Below, one piece after another: positions 6,508-16,168 of a DNA stretch of 16,612 bases. The position numbers and the translations under genes are program-made. The notes below the pieces were generated by a model that ran no database searches, had not been told where the DNA came from, and saw only the letters and a list, made by a program, of their open reading frames with translations. This stretch comes from a bacterium (GTDB lineage: Bacteria; Hydrothermota; 32-111). Numbering within the stretch: the stretch's first letter is position 1; each line of letters starts with the position of its first letter. The stretch is from contig JAWOBN010000002.1 of NCBI GenBank assembly GCA_046484245.1, positions 1 to 16,612 of the forward strand. The letters run 5' to 3'.

Positions 6508-7667
6508 TGCAGTCCGCCTTTGATAAGATATGTTTTATCCGTCATATTCCAGTCAGAGCCGAGGAAAATATACGCATTTATGAGCTCTGTTCCTATCATT
6601 GTTGTGTAAACATCCCCTGACTGCATGCCCAGTATAATACGCGGCACAAGATTGCCGTCAAAGAAGCTCTTGTTTATGGATACCAGCATATTGATATTAT
6701 CCTCATTGCCGTACACCATATTAATGCCGGAGGACAGGTGATTGTTAACCATTCCTGCTGAGAATACTGCTTCATACACTGTAGAATCAGCATTGAACCT
6801 GCAGCCCGCATTGGCAAAAATATTATTTCTGCTGTACTTGAGTCCGCCTTCAATATGATTTTCACCATGTCTCTGATAATTCATAAATGCTGACCACCGG
6901 GGCAGTATTCTGTATAAAATGCCTGTATGGAGTCTGAACTGTCCGTCATAACCGCCTATGGCTGTTATGTGAAACCGGCCGTATGAAAGAGGAAGAAAGA
7001 CCTTAATATCCGATTGAAGATTCCTCTCATTATAATGATATGAGAATAAACTGATTGCAGTGAGGCGTTTATAATTGAGTACAATTGTAGCAGGCACACT
7101 CCTGTTGTCGGAAATACCCGCAGTTGCCGTGATAAAATCATTCTGTATTCCCGCTTCAATGGTCTTTCTGTCTCTGGATATGCCGGCTGACAGGGAAATG
7201 ATATCCCTTGTCATATTGGTGAATGTTGTGTAATTGTAAGGATTATCCCTTATCATGTCTATCAGTGCAAAACCCCTCACTGTTACTGTGTCCTCTGAGA
7301 ATAATGAGAGATAGACACGGTTCCTGTTCATATTATTGAGGAATGATATGCCGTAATAGAGTGATGTGTCAGGATCCTGGTCCACATAACTAATACCGAG
7401 CAGGTCATGTCCGTAAATATCGGAGTATGACCTGTCGTAGAATTCCGGTGCAATGCGGAGGTCGTCAATATAGAAGATACTGCTGCTTATGCCCGAATTA
7501 TCAAATTCCATGATATTGCCTGCAGGATGAACATTGAGCAGGAAAGGGTATGTCTCATAGTAATTGTCTATACCGGGCATCTCATTGTCCCGCATCAGTG
7601 TCATTGACCCGGAGAGGCCAATCGCCAGACCAATCAGTATAATGAGAATGCTGTTTCTACTGACCAA
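6489..7667 (-). CDS. Hypothetical exported protein, probable outer-membrane beta-barrel
   Basis: 392-aa ORF overlapping both neighbours. TTG start (uncertain), signal peptide, alternating aromatic/Gly strands, C-terminal GGLQWYF. Confidence 0.65.
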   Translation of the reverse strand: MVSRNSILIILIGLAIGLSGSMTLMRDNEMPGIDNYYETYPFLLNVHPAGNIMEFDNSGISSSIFYIDDLRIAPEFYDRSYSDIYGHDLLGISYVDQDPDTSLYYGISFLNNMNRNRVYLSLFSEDTVTVRGFALIDMIRDNPYNYTTFTNMTRDIISLSAGISRDRKTIEAGIQNDFITATAGISDNRSVPATIVLNYKRLTAISLFSYHYNERNLQSDIKVFLPLSYGRFHITAIGGYDGQFRLHTGILYRILPRWSAFMNYQRHGENHIEGGLKYSRNNIFANAGCRFNADSTVYEAVFSAGMVNNHLSSGINMVYGNEDNINMLVSINKSFFDGNLVPRIILGMQSGDVYTTMIGTELINAYIFLGSDWNMTDKTYLIKGGLQWYFEE

Positions 7668-8076
7668 TGATCTTTACCGATATTTCCCTGCTTCTCGGCT
7701 TATTGTCAAAATCAATGAATATGATCTGCTGCCATGTGCCGAGGAGAATACTGCCCTTTTCAATCTGGAATGTCTGGGATGTTTTCGTTGTTGTTGAACG
7801 AATATGCGAATATCCGTTGCCGTCATGCCATTTCTCATTGTGCATGTATCTTATATCAGACGGGATGACTCTCTCATAATAATCAGCAAGGTCCTCAACA
7901 AGCCCCGATTCATACTCCATTGTTGACACTGATGCTGTTGAGCCGATAACACTGACATTGCATAAACCCTCCGAAATACCGGATTGTCTGACAATGTCTT
8001 TTACTGAATCAGTTATATTGACTATATCTGTTTTTTCCCTGGTCTCTATATTGATTCTTTCAGTGAATGAATTCAT
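7657..8076 (-). CDS. yjbQ: YjbQ/UPF0047 family protein
   Basis: NITDSV, GSTASV, HDGNGYSHIRS and LLGTWQQIIFIDFD motifs. Confidence 0.9.
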   Translation of the reverse strand: MNSFTERINIETREKTDIVNITDSVKDIVRQSGISEGLCNVSVIGSTASVSTMEYESGLVEDLADYYERVIPSDIRYMHNEKWHDGNGYSHIRSTTTKTSQTFQIEKGSILLGTWQQIIFIDFDNKPRSREISVKIIGQ

Positions 8077-8641
8077 AAAACTCCTCTCCTGTTATTTCCT
8101 TGAGCATCTGTGAAAAAAGCCTCAGGGGGAATCCCACAACATTGAAATAATCCCCGTCAATTGCCTCTATGAAGAATGACGCTTCCTTCTGTATAGCATA
8201 TGCCCCCGCCTTATCCATATAATCTGCCCTGCTGAGATACCAGTTCAGCTCCCCTTCATTTATATTCTTGAACCTCACACTCGTTACAATGTTTTCTGTA
8301 ATGATACTCTTCTGATATATAAGGGTAATGCCTGTATAGACATAATGCTGTCTGCCTGAAAATCCCCTCAGCATATCCTCAGCTTCATCTGCTGACAGGG
8401 GCTTGCCGATTATTGAGCCCCCCATATTGACAACTGTATCTGAACCTGCAATAATGTCCTCGGGAAAATCATCACGGACACTCATTGCCTTCTTCAGTGA
8501 ACACTCCTCTACAAATGCAGACGGGTCTTCAATAAGCACACTCTCTTCATCAAAACGGTGCTTTACTGCCGAGAAATCAAAACCCATATCAGAGAGGAGG
8601 TCCTTTCTTCTCTGTGAATCTGATGCAAGTATTATCTTCAT
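8060..8641 (-). CDS. maf: Maf nucleoside triphosphate pyrophosphatase (YhdE-type)
   Basis: ILASDSQRR, SDTVV, GKP, DKAGAYAIQ and NVVGFP motifs. Confidence 0.93.
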   Translation of the reverse strand: MKIILASDSQRRKDLLSDMGFDFSAVKHRFDEESVLIEDPSAFVEECSLKKAMSVRDDFPEDIIAGSDTVVNMGGSIIGKPLSADEAEDMLRGFSGRQHYVYTGITLIYQKSIITENIVTSVRFKNINEGELNWYLSRADYMDKAGAYAIQKEASFFIEAIDGDYFNVVGFPLRLFSQMLKEITGEEFYEFIH

Positions 8642-8649
8642 CTTTAAGT

Positions 8650-8679
8650 AAAAAAAAAGGGGGAAGCAAGCTTCCCCCT
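8650..8679 (-). terminator. Intrinsic terminator after HU
   Basis: Minus strand GGGGGAAGC-TT-GCTTCCCCC hairpin followed by 9 T, about 20 nt after the HU stop. Confidence 0.85.
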
Positions 8680-8699
8680 AAGTCTTCAGGTATAATACC

Positions 8700-8972
8700 T
8701 TATTTCACTGCTTCTTTCAGTTTTGAACCTGCTTTGAAATGGGGTACTGTCCTTGCTTTGATCTTGATTGGTTTCTGTGTTGCGGGATTGATGCCCTTTC
8801 TTGCTTTCCTTCTCTTTGTTGAGAATGTGCCGAATCCGACCAGTGTGACCTTTTTCTTCTTCTTCAGTGATTTGGTGATTGCGTCAATCATTGCATCGAT
8901 TGCATCATTGGCATCCTTCTTTGACAAGTCAACTTCTTTTGCAACATGTTCGATCAAATCTTTTTTGTTCAT
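8700..8972 (-). CDS. hup: HU DNA-binding protein
   Basis: 90 aa; MNKKDLI, LVGFGTF, RKGINPAT and PHFKAGSKLK; SD AAGGAGG. Confidence 0.96.
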   Translation of the reverse strand: MNKKDLIEHVAKEVDLSKKDANDAIDAMIDAITKSLKKKKKVTLVGFGTFSTKRRKARKGINPATQKPIKIKARTVPHFKAGSKLKEAVK

Positions 8973-9012
8973 TAAAGACCTCCTTAAATTGAGTGTTTTA
9001 ATAATTTCTATA

Positions 9013-9041
9013 ATTTTATGTCATAATTCCGTTTCTGTCAA
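9013..9041 (-). promoter_or_regulatory. Sigma70 promoter of HU
   Basis: Minus strand TTGACA (9041-9036), 17-nt spacer, TAAAAT (9018-9013). Confidence 0.7.
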
Positions 9042-9076
9042 GAGGCAATCCACTGTAATGCTTATCAGTAAAGGCT

Positions 9077-11107
9077 TTAGAGGAACAGCGGACCCAGGAT
9101 ATCTTTGTCAATTGACAGGTCCGAGAATTCCTTCAGTGAGATAGAAAAATTATACTTCATGTCTGTCCCGTAATTGGACACTGAGAATGTTGCCCTCCAG
9201 CAATGCAGGTCCCTGTTTATTGTTACTGATGATGAAACAACATTCATCTCCTTTATGTCATAAAGAATGCTGCTGCTGACAGAGAGATCGCTGCCAATGG
9301 GGAATCTCAGGGAACCATTTACCTGATTCTTTCCGATACTGTCATTACTGTATGTCAATGTATTGTACACTGTGTAATTGACAGGCCCGGATCCCCTGAA
9401 AGGGCTTTCCAATCGGCCTCTCAGCGATGTATTGAATGTGGCGGAATAATCCTTCGTATAGACATTGTAATTGACATTCATTGTGTGGGACAGGGGCTTT
9501 GAGGAGAGCAGTGTCATGCCTGCTGAAAGGGGGGAAATGGAATCAGTGTCAAGATTGTAAGTTGTTGAAATGCTTATCTGGGCAAGCTTGTCAACATTAT
9601 TGCTCTTCCCTTCAAATACATTGTTGACTGACAGCGCAATACGTGATGATGAGCTCACTGTGTCTTTTGTCAAATCATCTGCAGAATAAACGGTCTTTCT
9701 GGAAGAATAAATTCTTGCTGAGGGTATTATTGTGTGTCTGAATTTTTCATATGTGAGAAAGCCAAAACGGGAAGTACCGTATATCTGAGTTGTAAAACTC
9801 ATGCCGCCTTCAAGATTCGTATTGAACAATGTGTCAATATCAGACGATGCTCCATTGTATAAAGCATAGGGGCTCAATGTGAAAAACCGGAATAATTTAT
9901 AATATGTGTCTATGCGGTTATTGGCTGCTGCAGTGATATTATTCTCAGTGCCTGCACTGTCGGAGAGCATTGCTCTGGACATGGAATGTGAATGTGAATA
10001 ATTCAAGCCGTTCGTGAAGAGCAAACTCCTCCTGAAGAATGTCTGTCTGGAGAGATAACCCCTGTAGGACGGCAGGCGGCTCCGCACTGTATTATTGGAA
10101 AAATCCTTGCTGTATGAGAATGACACATTGGATGAATATATGCTGAATCTCTTTGACAGTGAGAGAAATGTCTCTGTTGTTCTCTTGAGATTGACAACTG
10201 TTGAATCATCATAATCTGTCTGAAGATTGATGTCGGAAATATAATCCCATTTGCTCTTCAGGGAAATATCAGCAGGAAGATTGTGAGAATAATCACCCTG
10301 CAGTGACCAGCGCTTTCTGCCGGTGAATTCATTGACAAGAACAGTATTGGCATTGAATTGAATAAAGGGTTTCACCAGTATTCTAAGTTCATGATTGAGC
10401 CAGAACCCCCTGTTTGAATAGACATCAGCAGAAAATGTCATATCGGAGAAATCATTTACTGCCCAGAAGTAGGAGAGATTCTTCAGGTAGAATCCATTGA
10501 TATCATCATAACCGGGATTGGGCATCAGAAAACCGCTCTTCCTTGTGCTTGCAGCAGGCAGAACAGCAAACGGCAATGCGAAGATGGGGACATTCTTCAG
10601 AAAGAGAATTGCGGGCTTCATAACTATTCTGTCATTGTCATAGTACGACATACTGGATGCAAAGAGTCCGTAATGCGGGTCATCTATGTATTCGCATGTT
10701 GTAAAGAAACCGTCTTCAATATAGTAGCGGTTTTCATCAAGCGCATATATTTTGCCGCCTCTGAAATACCCCTTGTCAATTGTTGATTTTCCGCTGTATA
10801 TAATACCGTTCTCATCTTCATAATCAAAGAGCAGGGAATCGCCTTCTATTTTATTGCCCTCAGCAAATGTCAGATTGATGCTGTCTTTGGCAAAGAATGT
10901 CTTGCTCTCCTTGTCTATGACAACAGACAGTGCCTTTACATTGAATTTATCTGATGAAATATTGACATTGCCTTCAAGGAATATCTTGTTTTCCCTCCTC
11001 ATGTATATCATGCTGTCTGATGTATAGGATATGGTTTGAGTACCTGCAGGCAGGAGAATCCGAATAATTAAAACTGCCAGGAAAAATATCTTACTTTTTA
11101 ATTGCAT
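9077..11107 (-). CDS. lptD: LPS assembly protein LptD-like
   Basis: Signal peptide, OstA-like N-terminus, FTTC...PHY, VPIFALPF, RKSGFLMP, YFWA and C-terminal RDLHCW. Confidence 0.88.
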   Translation of the reverse strand: MQLKSKIFFLAVLIIRILLPAGTQTISYTSDSMIYMRRENKIFLEGNVNISSDKFNVKALSVVIDKESKTFFAKDSINLTFAEGNKIEGDSLLFDYEDENGIIYSGKSTIDKGYFRGGKIYALDENRYYIEDGFFTTCEYIDDPHYGLFASSMSYYDNDRIVMKPAILFLKNVPIFALPFAVLPAASTRKSGFLMPNPGYDDINGFYLKNLSYFWAVNDFSDMTFSADVYSNRGFWLNHELRILVKPFIQFNANTVLVNEFTGRKRWSLQGDYSHNLPADISLKSKWDYISDINLQTDYDDSTVVNLKRTTETFLSLSKRFSIYSSNVSFSYSKDFSNNTVRSRLPSYRGYLSRQTFFRRSLLFTNGLNYSHSHSMSRAMLSDSAGTENNITAAANNRIDTYYKLFRFFTLSPYALYNGASSDIDTLFNTNLEGGMSFTTQIYGTSRFGFLTYEKFRHTIIPSARIYSSRKTVYSADDLTKDTVSSSSRIALSVNNVFEGKSNNVDKLAQISISTTYNLDTDSISPLSAGMTLLSSKPLSHTMNVNYNVYTKDYSATFNTSLRGRLESPFRGSGPVNYTVYNTLTYSNDSIGKNQVNGSLRFPIGSDLSVSSSILYDIKEMNVVSSSVTINRDLHCWRATFSVSNYGTDMKYNFSISLKEFSDLSIDKDILGPLFL

Positions 11108-11600
11108 CCAAAATCATATAGAGGAACAGAAGCATGATGCCTATGACAACAGATGAATCAGCAATATTGAATGTTGCATAACGCCAGGAATTAATCCCGA
11201 AATCAAGGAAATCAACAACCTCCCTGAATACCAGCCTGTCGTAGAAATTACCGAATGCACCGCCCAGTATCAAAGAGAGTGCAATGACATTTCTTCTCTC
11301 ATATTTTGAGTGAAAGAAATAGACAAGGAGGAATATTATTGCAATTGCCGTAAGTCCTATCAGTATCCAGTAATTGCCCACATTTATACTGAAGGCTGCG
11401 TGTTTGTTCTTTACAAATGTTATTTTGAAAAACTCGCCCCACACCTCTATGGACTCATAGAGATGCATATTTGTCTTGACGATTAATTTGCTTATCCTGT
11501 CAAGCAGAAGGACAATGATTATGACAGGCAGCCCCCATTTGAGCCGTCTGCCTATCTGATCAGGAAACCTTATCTTTGCATTCGATGCAGAGTTTTGCAT
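11091..11600 (-). CDS. lspA: Lipoprotein signal peptidase II
   Basis: LDRISK, NxxAAFS, GAFGNFYDR, VVDFL and FNIADS motifs. Exact start uncertain. Confidence 0.93.
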   Translation of the reverse strand: MQNSASNAKIRFPDQIGRRLKWGLPVIIIVLLLDRISKLIVKTNMHLYESIEVWGEFFKITFVKNKHAAFSINVGNYWILIGLTAIAIIFLLVYFFHSKYERRNVIALSLILGGAFGNFYDRLVFREVVDFLDFGINSWRYATFNIADSSVVIGIMLLFLYMILDAIKK

Positions 11601-11913
11601 AAGGAACCGCCTTCAGTCTTTTCTTGGGGATCTTCTTTTCGCACATTTCGCAGATGCCGTATGTATTATCGGATATCTTGGCAAGTGCCTCATCAATCAT
11701 TCTCAGTTCATTGAGAGTATCATTCATATTCCTTGAGAGGGATTCAAGCATTGCTGCATCAGAACCCAGGTCTGCACTGTGAAAAGGATAGCTGGAGTTT
11801 TCAGAATTATTGCTCTCATTAAGCTCCTCTTCGTATTCCCTGAGGACATCTTCTCTTTCCTTCTTCATCTCCAGAAGGAGATCCCTGAATTCCTTTTTGT
11901 CTTTTCTGTCCAT
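11560..11913 (-). CDS. TraR/DksA C4-type zinc finger protein
   Basis: Start moved to ATG 11913 (GGAGG SD, 1 nt after the ileS stop). Coiled coil with HSADLGSD tip; YGICEMC...RLKAVPYAKLCIEC. Confidence 0.9.
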   Translation of the reverse strand: MDRKDKKEFRDLLLEMKKEREDVLREYEEELNESNNSENSSYPFHSADLGSDAAMLESLSRNMNDTLNELRMIDEALAKISDNTYGICEMCEKKIPKKRLKAVPYAKLCIECKDKVS

Positions 11914-11914
11914 T

Positions 11915-14671
11915 TCAAACCTCCGATTTAACAACATCCGAACATTTGTCACACAGATCCGGATACTCCTCGTCTTCACCCACTGTCTGGGAGTAAATCC
12001 AGCATCTGGCGCATTTGCTTCCATCTGACTTGACTGCCTTTATCCTGAGAGCGGGGTCTTCCGACCGGACAGTGAAATCCTCACCTGTCTTCTCAAGATT
12101 TACAGCAGAAACAATGAATATCTCATTGAGATGCTTTTCGTATTTTTCAAGAACATCCTTTATCTCTCTGTCGGCAATCTCCAATGTGAGTTCTGCCTCC
12201 AAAGATTTGCCTATAATACCCTGATTTCTCACTTTTTCAAGTGCAATATTGACCTGTTCGCGCACTGATTTGATTGTCTCCCATTCCTGAGCAAGTTCAT
12301 CATTAATGAACTTCTCCTTGTCCTCTTCAAGCATTTCAAGATGAATTGAATCCCTCTTGTTATTCTTGCCGAAAAAGTCATATGCCTGTTCTGCAGTAAA
12401 GGGCAATATGGGTGCAATCATTTTAAGCATTGTATCCATGAGTATGTAAATTGCTGTCTGTCCGCTGCGCCTCTCGCGTGAATCTTTGCCGTATGTGTAT
12501 AATCTGTCTTTCAATATATCAAAATAGAATTGTGAGAGGTCCACTGCGCAGAATTTATGGAAATCCCTGAACACCCTGTGGAATTGATAATTGTCATATG
12601 AGGCAATGATCTTCTCCTGCAGTTTGGCGAGACGGTGCAGTATGTATCTGTCAATACCGCGCATATCCTTGTAATCAACAGCATGTTTGTCATAATCAAA
12701 ATCATTGAGATTGCCCAGTATGAATTTGAAAGAATTCCTTATCCTGAAATAGACATCCTTTGCATTGTCCAGCACATCATCGCCGAATGCGGCATCTGAT
12801 GTATAATCAACAGATGAAGCCCAGAGGCGGAGTATCTCTGCTCCCGAGGTCTTCCATATCTGCTCTGGTGAGACCACATTGCCCAGACTCTTGGACATCT
12901 TCTTCATTTTCTCATCCAGTATGAGCCCGTGTGTCAGAACCTCCCTGTACGGGGAACTCCCGTCAGTTGCTGTAGCTGATATGAGCGATACCTGAAACCA
13001 TCCCCTGTGCTGGTCAACTGCCTCAAGATAGAGGTCAGCAGGCCATGAGAGGTTTTCCCTCTTCTTGACAACAGCAGAATGGGACAGAGAAGAATCAAAC
13101 CATACATCAAAAATATCCTCTTCCTTTCTGAAATCACTGCTGCCGCATTTCTTGCACTGAATGCCTTCGGCAAGTTCACTGACTTCTTTTTCAAACCACA
13201 CATCCGAACCATGCTCTTGAACAAGGTCTGTTATCTTCCTTATAAAATCAATGTCCATATGCGGCTCACCGCAGTCCCTGCAGTACAATGCGGGAATGGG
13301 CACACCCCATGAACGCTGCCGCGAGAGGCACCAGTCCGGTCTCTCTTCAACCATATTGTAAATCCTGTCTCTTGACCATGCGGGTATCCATCTGACCCCG
13401 TCTATTTCCTTGAGCAGTTTGTCCCTGAGATTGTCATGGTCAACACTGAGGAACCACTGGTCTGTTGCCCTGAATATCAATTCGCTCTTGCATCTCCAGC
13501 ATATAGGATATGAATGGTCTATTGTACCTGAATAGAGCAGTGTTCCTTCATCCTTGAGGTCTTTCAGTATATTTTCATTGGCGTCAAAGACAAACTGGCC
13601 TGCGTATTTCTCCGCATAATCAGTGAATTTGCCCTCTTCATCAACAGGGCTGATAAGAGGCAGATCATTCTTGAGACTCTCCTGATAATCCTCATATCCG
13701 TGTCCGGGTGCAATATGCACAATACCGCTTCCTGTTTCCATTGTCACATAATCAGCAAGTATCACCCTGCCTTTCTTATTTTTAAATATCGGGTGGGCAT
13801 ACTCCAGTCCCTCATAATCAGCAGGACGGGTTTTCTTAATGACCTTGTATTCCTCAAACCCGAGCTTCTTCATTACTTCCTCTTTAAGCTTGTCGGCAAG
13901 TATCAGCACCCCTTCAGGTGTTTCAATCTCAGCATACTCCTCTCTGGGGTGCATTGCAGTTGCCACATTGGCAGGCAGTGTCCACGGTGTTGTTGTCCAT
14001 ATAAGTATGTGTTTATCCTCGCCGGAGAGTTTCAGTTTAACGAAAATGGATGGCGAGGGCCTGTTGTCATACTCTATCTCATTGCCTGCAAGAGCTGTTG
14101 AGCATTTGGGGCACCAGTGAATAGGCCTCTGCCCCCTGTAAATATATCCCTTCTCTACCAGTTTGCCGAAATTCTCAATAATTGTGGATTCATACACCCT
14201 GGACATTGTAATATACGGGTCATCCCAGTATCCGTGCACTCCGAGGCGGTGGAATTCCTTCTTCTGCTGATTGACGAATTTCTCCGCATATGCCCTGCAT
14301 TTCTTCCTCAATTTGAATTTGGGGTAATCTTTTGCCCTTTCACCGAGATTCTTTGTCACATTGTGCTCAATAGGCATGCCGTGACAGTCCCACCCCGGCA
14401 CATAAGGGGAATAGAATCCCCGGATATTCTTGTATTTGACAATAAAATCCTTCAGAATCTTATTGAATGTTGTTCCTATATGAATATGACCATTGGCATA
14501 AGGGGGTCCGTCATGCAGAATGAAACTCTCTTTTCCCTTTCTGTCATCATTTATAAGCTTATTCAAATCAATATCATCCCATTTCTTCAGTATTTCAGGT
14601 TCCATATTGGGCAGATTGGCCTTCATTGGAAATCCTGTCTTGGGCAGATTTAGTGAATCCTTATAACTCAT
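11915..14671 (-). CDS. ileS: Isoleucine--tRNA ligase (type 1)
   Basis: LHDGPPYANG, GWDCHG, WTTTPWT, DWCLSRQR, DQHRGWF, KMSKS and a C-terminal CARC...CDKC zinc finger. Confidence 0.98.
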   Translation of the reverse strand: MSYKDSLNLPKTGFPMKANLPNMEPEILKKWDDIDLNKLINDDRKGKESFILHDGPPYANGHIHIGTTFNKILKDFIVKYKNIRGFYSPYVPGWDCHGMPIEHNVTKNLGERAKDYPKFKLRKKCRAYAEKFVNQQKKEFHRLGVHGYWDDPYITMSRVYESTIIENFGKLVEKGYIYRGQRPIHWCPKCSTALAGNEIEYDNRPSPSIFVKLKLSGEDKHILIWTTTPWTLPANVATAMHPREEYAEIETPEGVLILADKLKEEVMKKLGFEEYKVIKKTRPADYEGLEYAHPIFKNKKGRVILADYVTMETGSGIVHIAPGHGYEDYQESLKNDLPLISPVDEEGKFTDYAEKYAGQFVFDANENILKDLKDEGTLLYSGTIDHSYPICWRCKSELIFRATDQWFLSVDHDNLRDKLLKEIDGVRWIPAWSRDRIYNMVEERPDWCLSRQRSWGVPIPALYCRDCGEPHMDIDFIRKITDLVQEHGSDVWFEKEVSELAEGIQCKKCGSSDFRKEEDIFDVWFDSSLSHSAVVKKRENLSWPADLYLEAVDQHRGWFQVSLISATATDGSSPYREVLTHGLILDEKMKKMSKSLGNVVSPEQIWKTSGAEILRLWASSVDYTSDAAFGDDVLDNAKDVYFRIRNSFKFILGNLNDFDYDKHAVDYKDMRGIDRYILHRLAKLQEKIIASYDNYQFHRVFRDFHKFCAVDLSQFYFDILKDRLYTYGKDSRERRSGQTAIYILMDTMLKMIAPILPFTAEQAYDFFGKNNKRDSIHLEMLEEDKEKFINDELAQEWETIKSVREQVNIALEKVRNQGIIGKSLEAELTLEIADREIKDVLEKYEKHLNEIFIVSAVNLEKTGEDFTVRSEDPALRIKAVKSDGSKCARCWIYSQTVGEDEEYPDLCDKCSDVVKSEV

Positions 14672-14673
14672 TG

Positions 14674-15300
14674 TTACTCCTCTGTTCCAAAGAATCTGTC
14701 GCCTGCATCACCCAGACCGGGCACAATAAATCCATTGTCATTGAGCTTCTCGTCAATAGACGCTGTATAGATATCAACAGCCGGATACCTCTTCTGGACT
14801 GCATCAATACCTTCAGGAGCTGATATTATGCTGAGTATTGATCTGGAATGCACACCGTATCCCTCAAGTATCTCCATTGTCTTGAGGATTGAGCCGCCTG
14901 TTGCAAGCATCGGGTCCATGAGGAATACCTCTGAATCCTTTGCTTTTGACGGTATATTGACAAAGTAGGTTATGGGCTTTAAAGTATTTTCATCCCTTTT
15001 GAGGCCCACGAATCCAACTGATGTATTGTCAAACACCTCTCTTATCATTCTCACCATTCCGATGCCTGCCCTCAGTATTGTGACGAGGAATATTTTCTTC
15101 TTTATCACAGTGCCGTCAATTTCCTTGAAAGGCGTGCTTATTTTCTTGCTCTGTGTAGGCAGATTCTTTGATGCTTCAAGGAAAATGAGGAGGGATAATT
15201 CCTCCAGATTCTTTCTGAATTTGTCGGAATCAGTCTGTGTATTTCTCAGATGCGTCAGTTTTTCCTTTGCCAGCGGGTGATTTACCTCTATTACAGCCAT
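14674..15300 (-). CDS. upp: Uracil phosphoribosyltransferase
   Basis: NHPL, ILRAG, DPMLATGGS and IVPGLGDAGDR motifs. Confidence 0.97.
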   Translation of the reverse strand: MAVIEVNHPLAKEKLTHLRNTQTDSDKFRKNLEELSLLIFLEASKNLPTQSKKISTPFKEIDGTVIKKKIFLVTILRAGIGMVRMIREVFDNTSVGFVGLKRDENTLKPITYFVNIPSKAKDSEVFLMDPMLATGGSILKTMEILEGYGVHSRSILSIISAPEGIDAVQKRYPAVDIYTASIDEKLNDNGFIVPGLGDAGDRFFGTEE

Positions 15301-15302
15301 TA

Positions 15303-16004
15303 TTACTCCTTATTACCGTCTTTTAACATTGCCATATAATGCTTTGCCTTTCTGCCCCAGTTTTCATGCTCAAGCAATTCCTCCCAGCATTTCCGGGCGC
15401 GCTTATGATCGCCTTTCTTATAATATGCAAGACCCTTGACGAGGGTTGCCTCATCAAGATTGGGATTGAGGCGCAGTGCGCGGTTCAGTTCAATAATTGC
15501 CCCGCTGTATTTCTTCTGCTTGAGATATGTCTTGCCCAGAAGCAGCTTTATATCGGGGAAATCACTGGATATCTTGTCCGCTTTCTTGTATTCATCCATT
15601 GCATCGGGATACTTGCCTATTTCAAAGTATGTATTGCCCAGCGAAATATGGAGATTGATAAGCCTCTGTTTGATGCCGAAACCGCTCTTGCCGAACTCCT
15701 TCTCCAGTTTTGAGGCAATATTGAATTCCGATGATGCCAGGTCCAGTTTGCCGTTCTCATTGTATGTCAGTGCAAGATTGAGATGCGCTTCCACATAATT
15801 CTCATTGAGCTCAATAGCTTTCTGAAACTGGTTTTCAGCCTCATCCAGGTCACCGAGCATATTGTATGTAAGGCCCAGCATATTCCTTATATCGGGCCAG
15901 TCCGGATGCTCTTTCATTGCATTGAGGAAATTGATAAGGGCTTTCCTGTATTTACCATTATCAAAGAGCTCCTTGCCCTTCTGAAAGTATGTTTTCTTCT
16001 TCAT
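15303..16004 (-). CDS. Tetratricopeptide repeat protein
   Basis: Several TPR units (e.g. LGLTYNMLGDLDEAENQFQKAIELNENY). Start moved to ATG 16004 with an AGGAG SD. Confidence 0.9.
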   Translation of the reverse strand: MKKKTYFQKGKELFDNGKYRKALINFLNAMKEHPDWPDIRNMLGLTYNMLGDLDEAENQFQKAIELNENYVEAHLNLALTYNENGKLDLASSEFNIASKLEKEFGKSGFGIKQRLINLHISLGNTYFEIGKYPDAMDEYKKADKISSDFPDIKLLLGKTYLKQKKYSGAIIELNRALRLNPNLDEATLVKGLAYYKKGDHKRARKCWEELLEHENWGRKAKHYMAMLKDGNKE

Positions 16005-16030
16005 AATACTCCTGTCTGTTTTCGGCAATT

Positions 16031-16059
16031 ATATTATCACTTTCCCCATTGCAAGTCAA
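16031..16059 (-). promoter_or_regulatory. Promoter of the TPR-upp-ileS operon
   Basis: Minus strand TTGACT (16059-16054), 17-nt spacer, TAATAT (16036-16031) preceded by an extended -10 TG. Confidence 0.55.
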
Positions 16060-16168
16060 GGATGTAGGATGTGGCACTAATACCTTGTAGAACCGGAAAG
16101 AAGCAGAAACTGCAGAAACAATCACGATTCTGAAATCTGATGGCTGATAGATGGCATTATTATGATAA

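Noticed and set aside
501..15798. Numerous antisense and alternate-frame ORFs in the track (e.g. 501..1124, 8614..9144, 14117..14653)
   Set aside because: They are shadows of well-supported genes and have no recognisable motifs.
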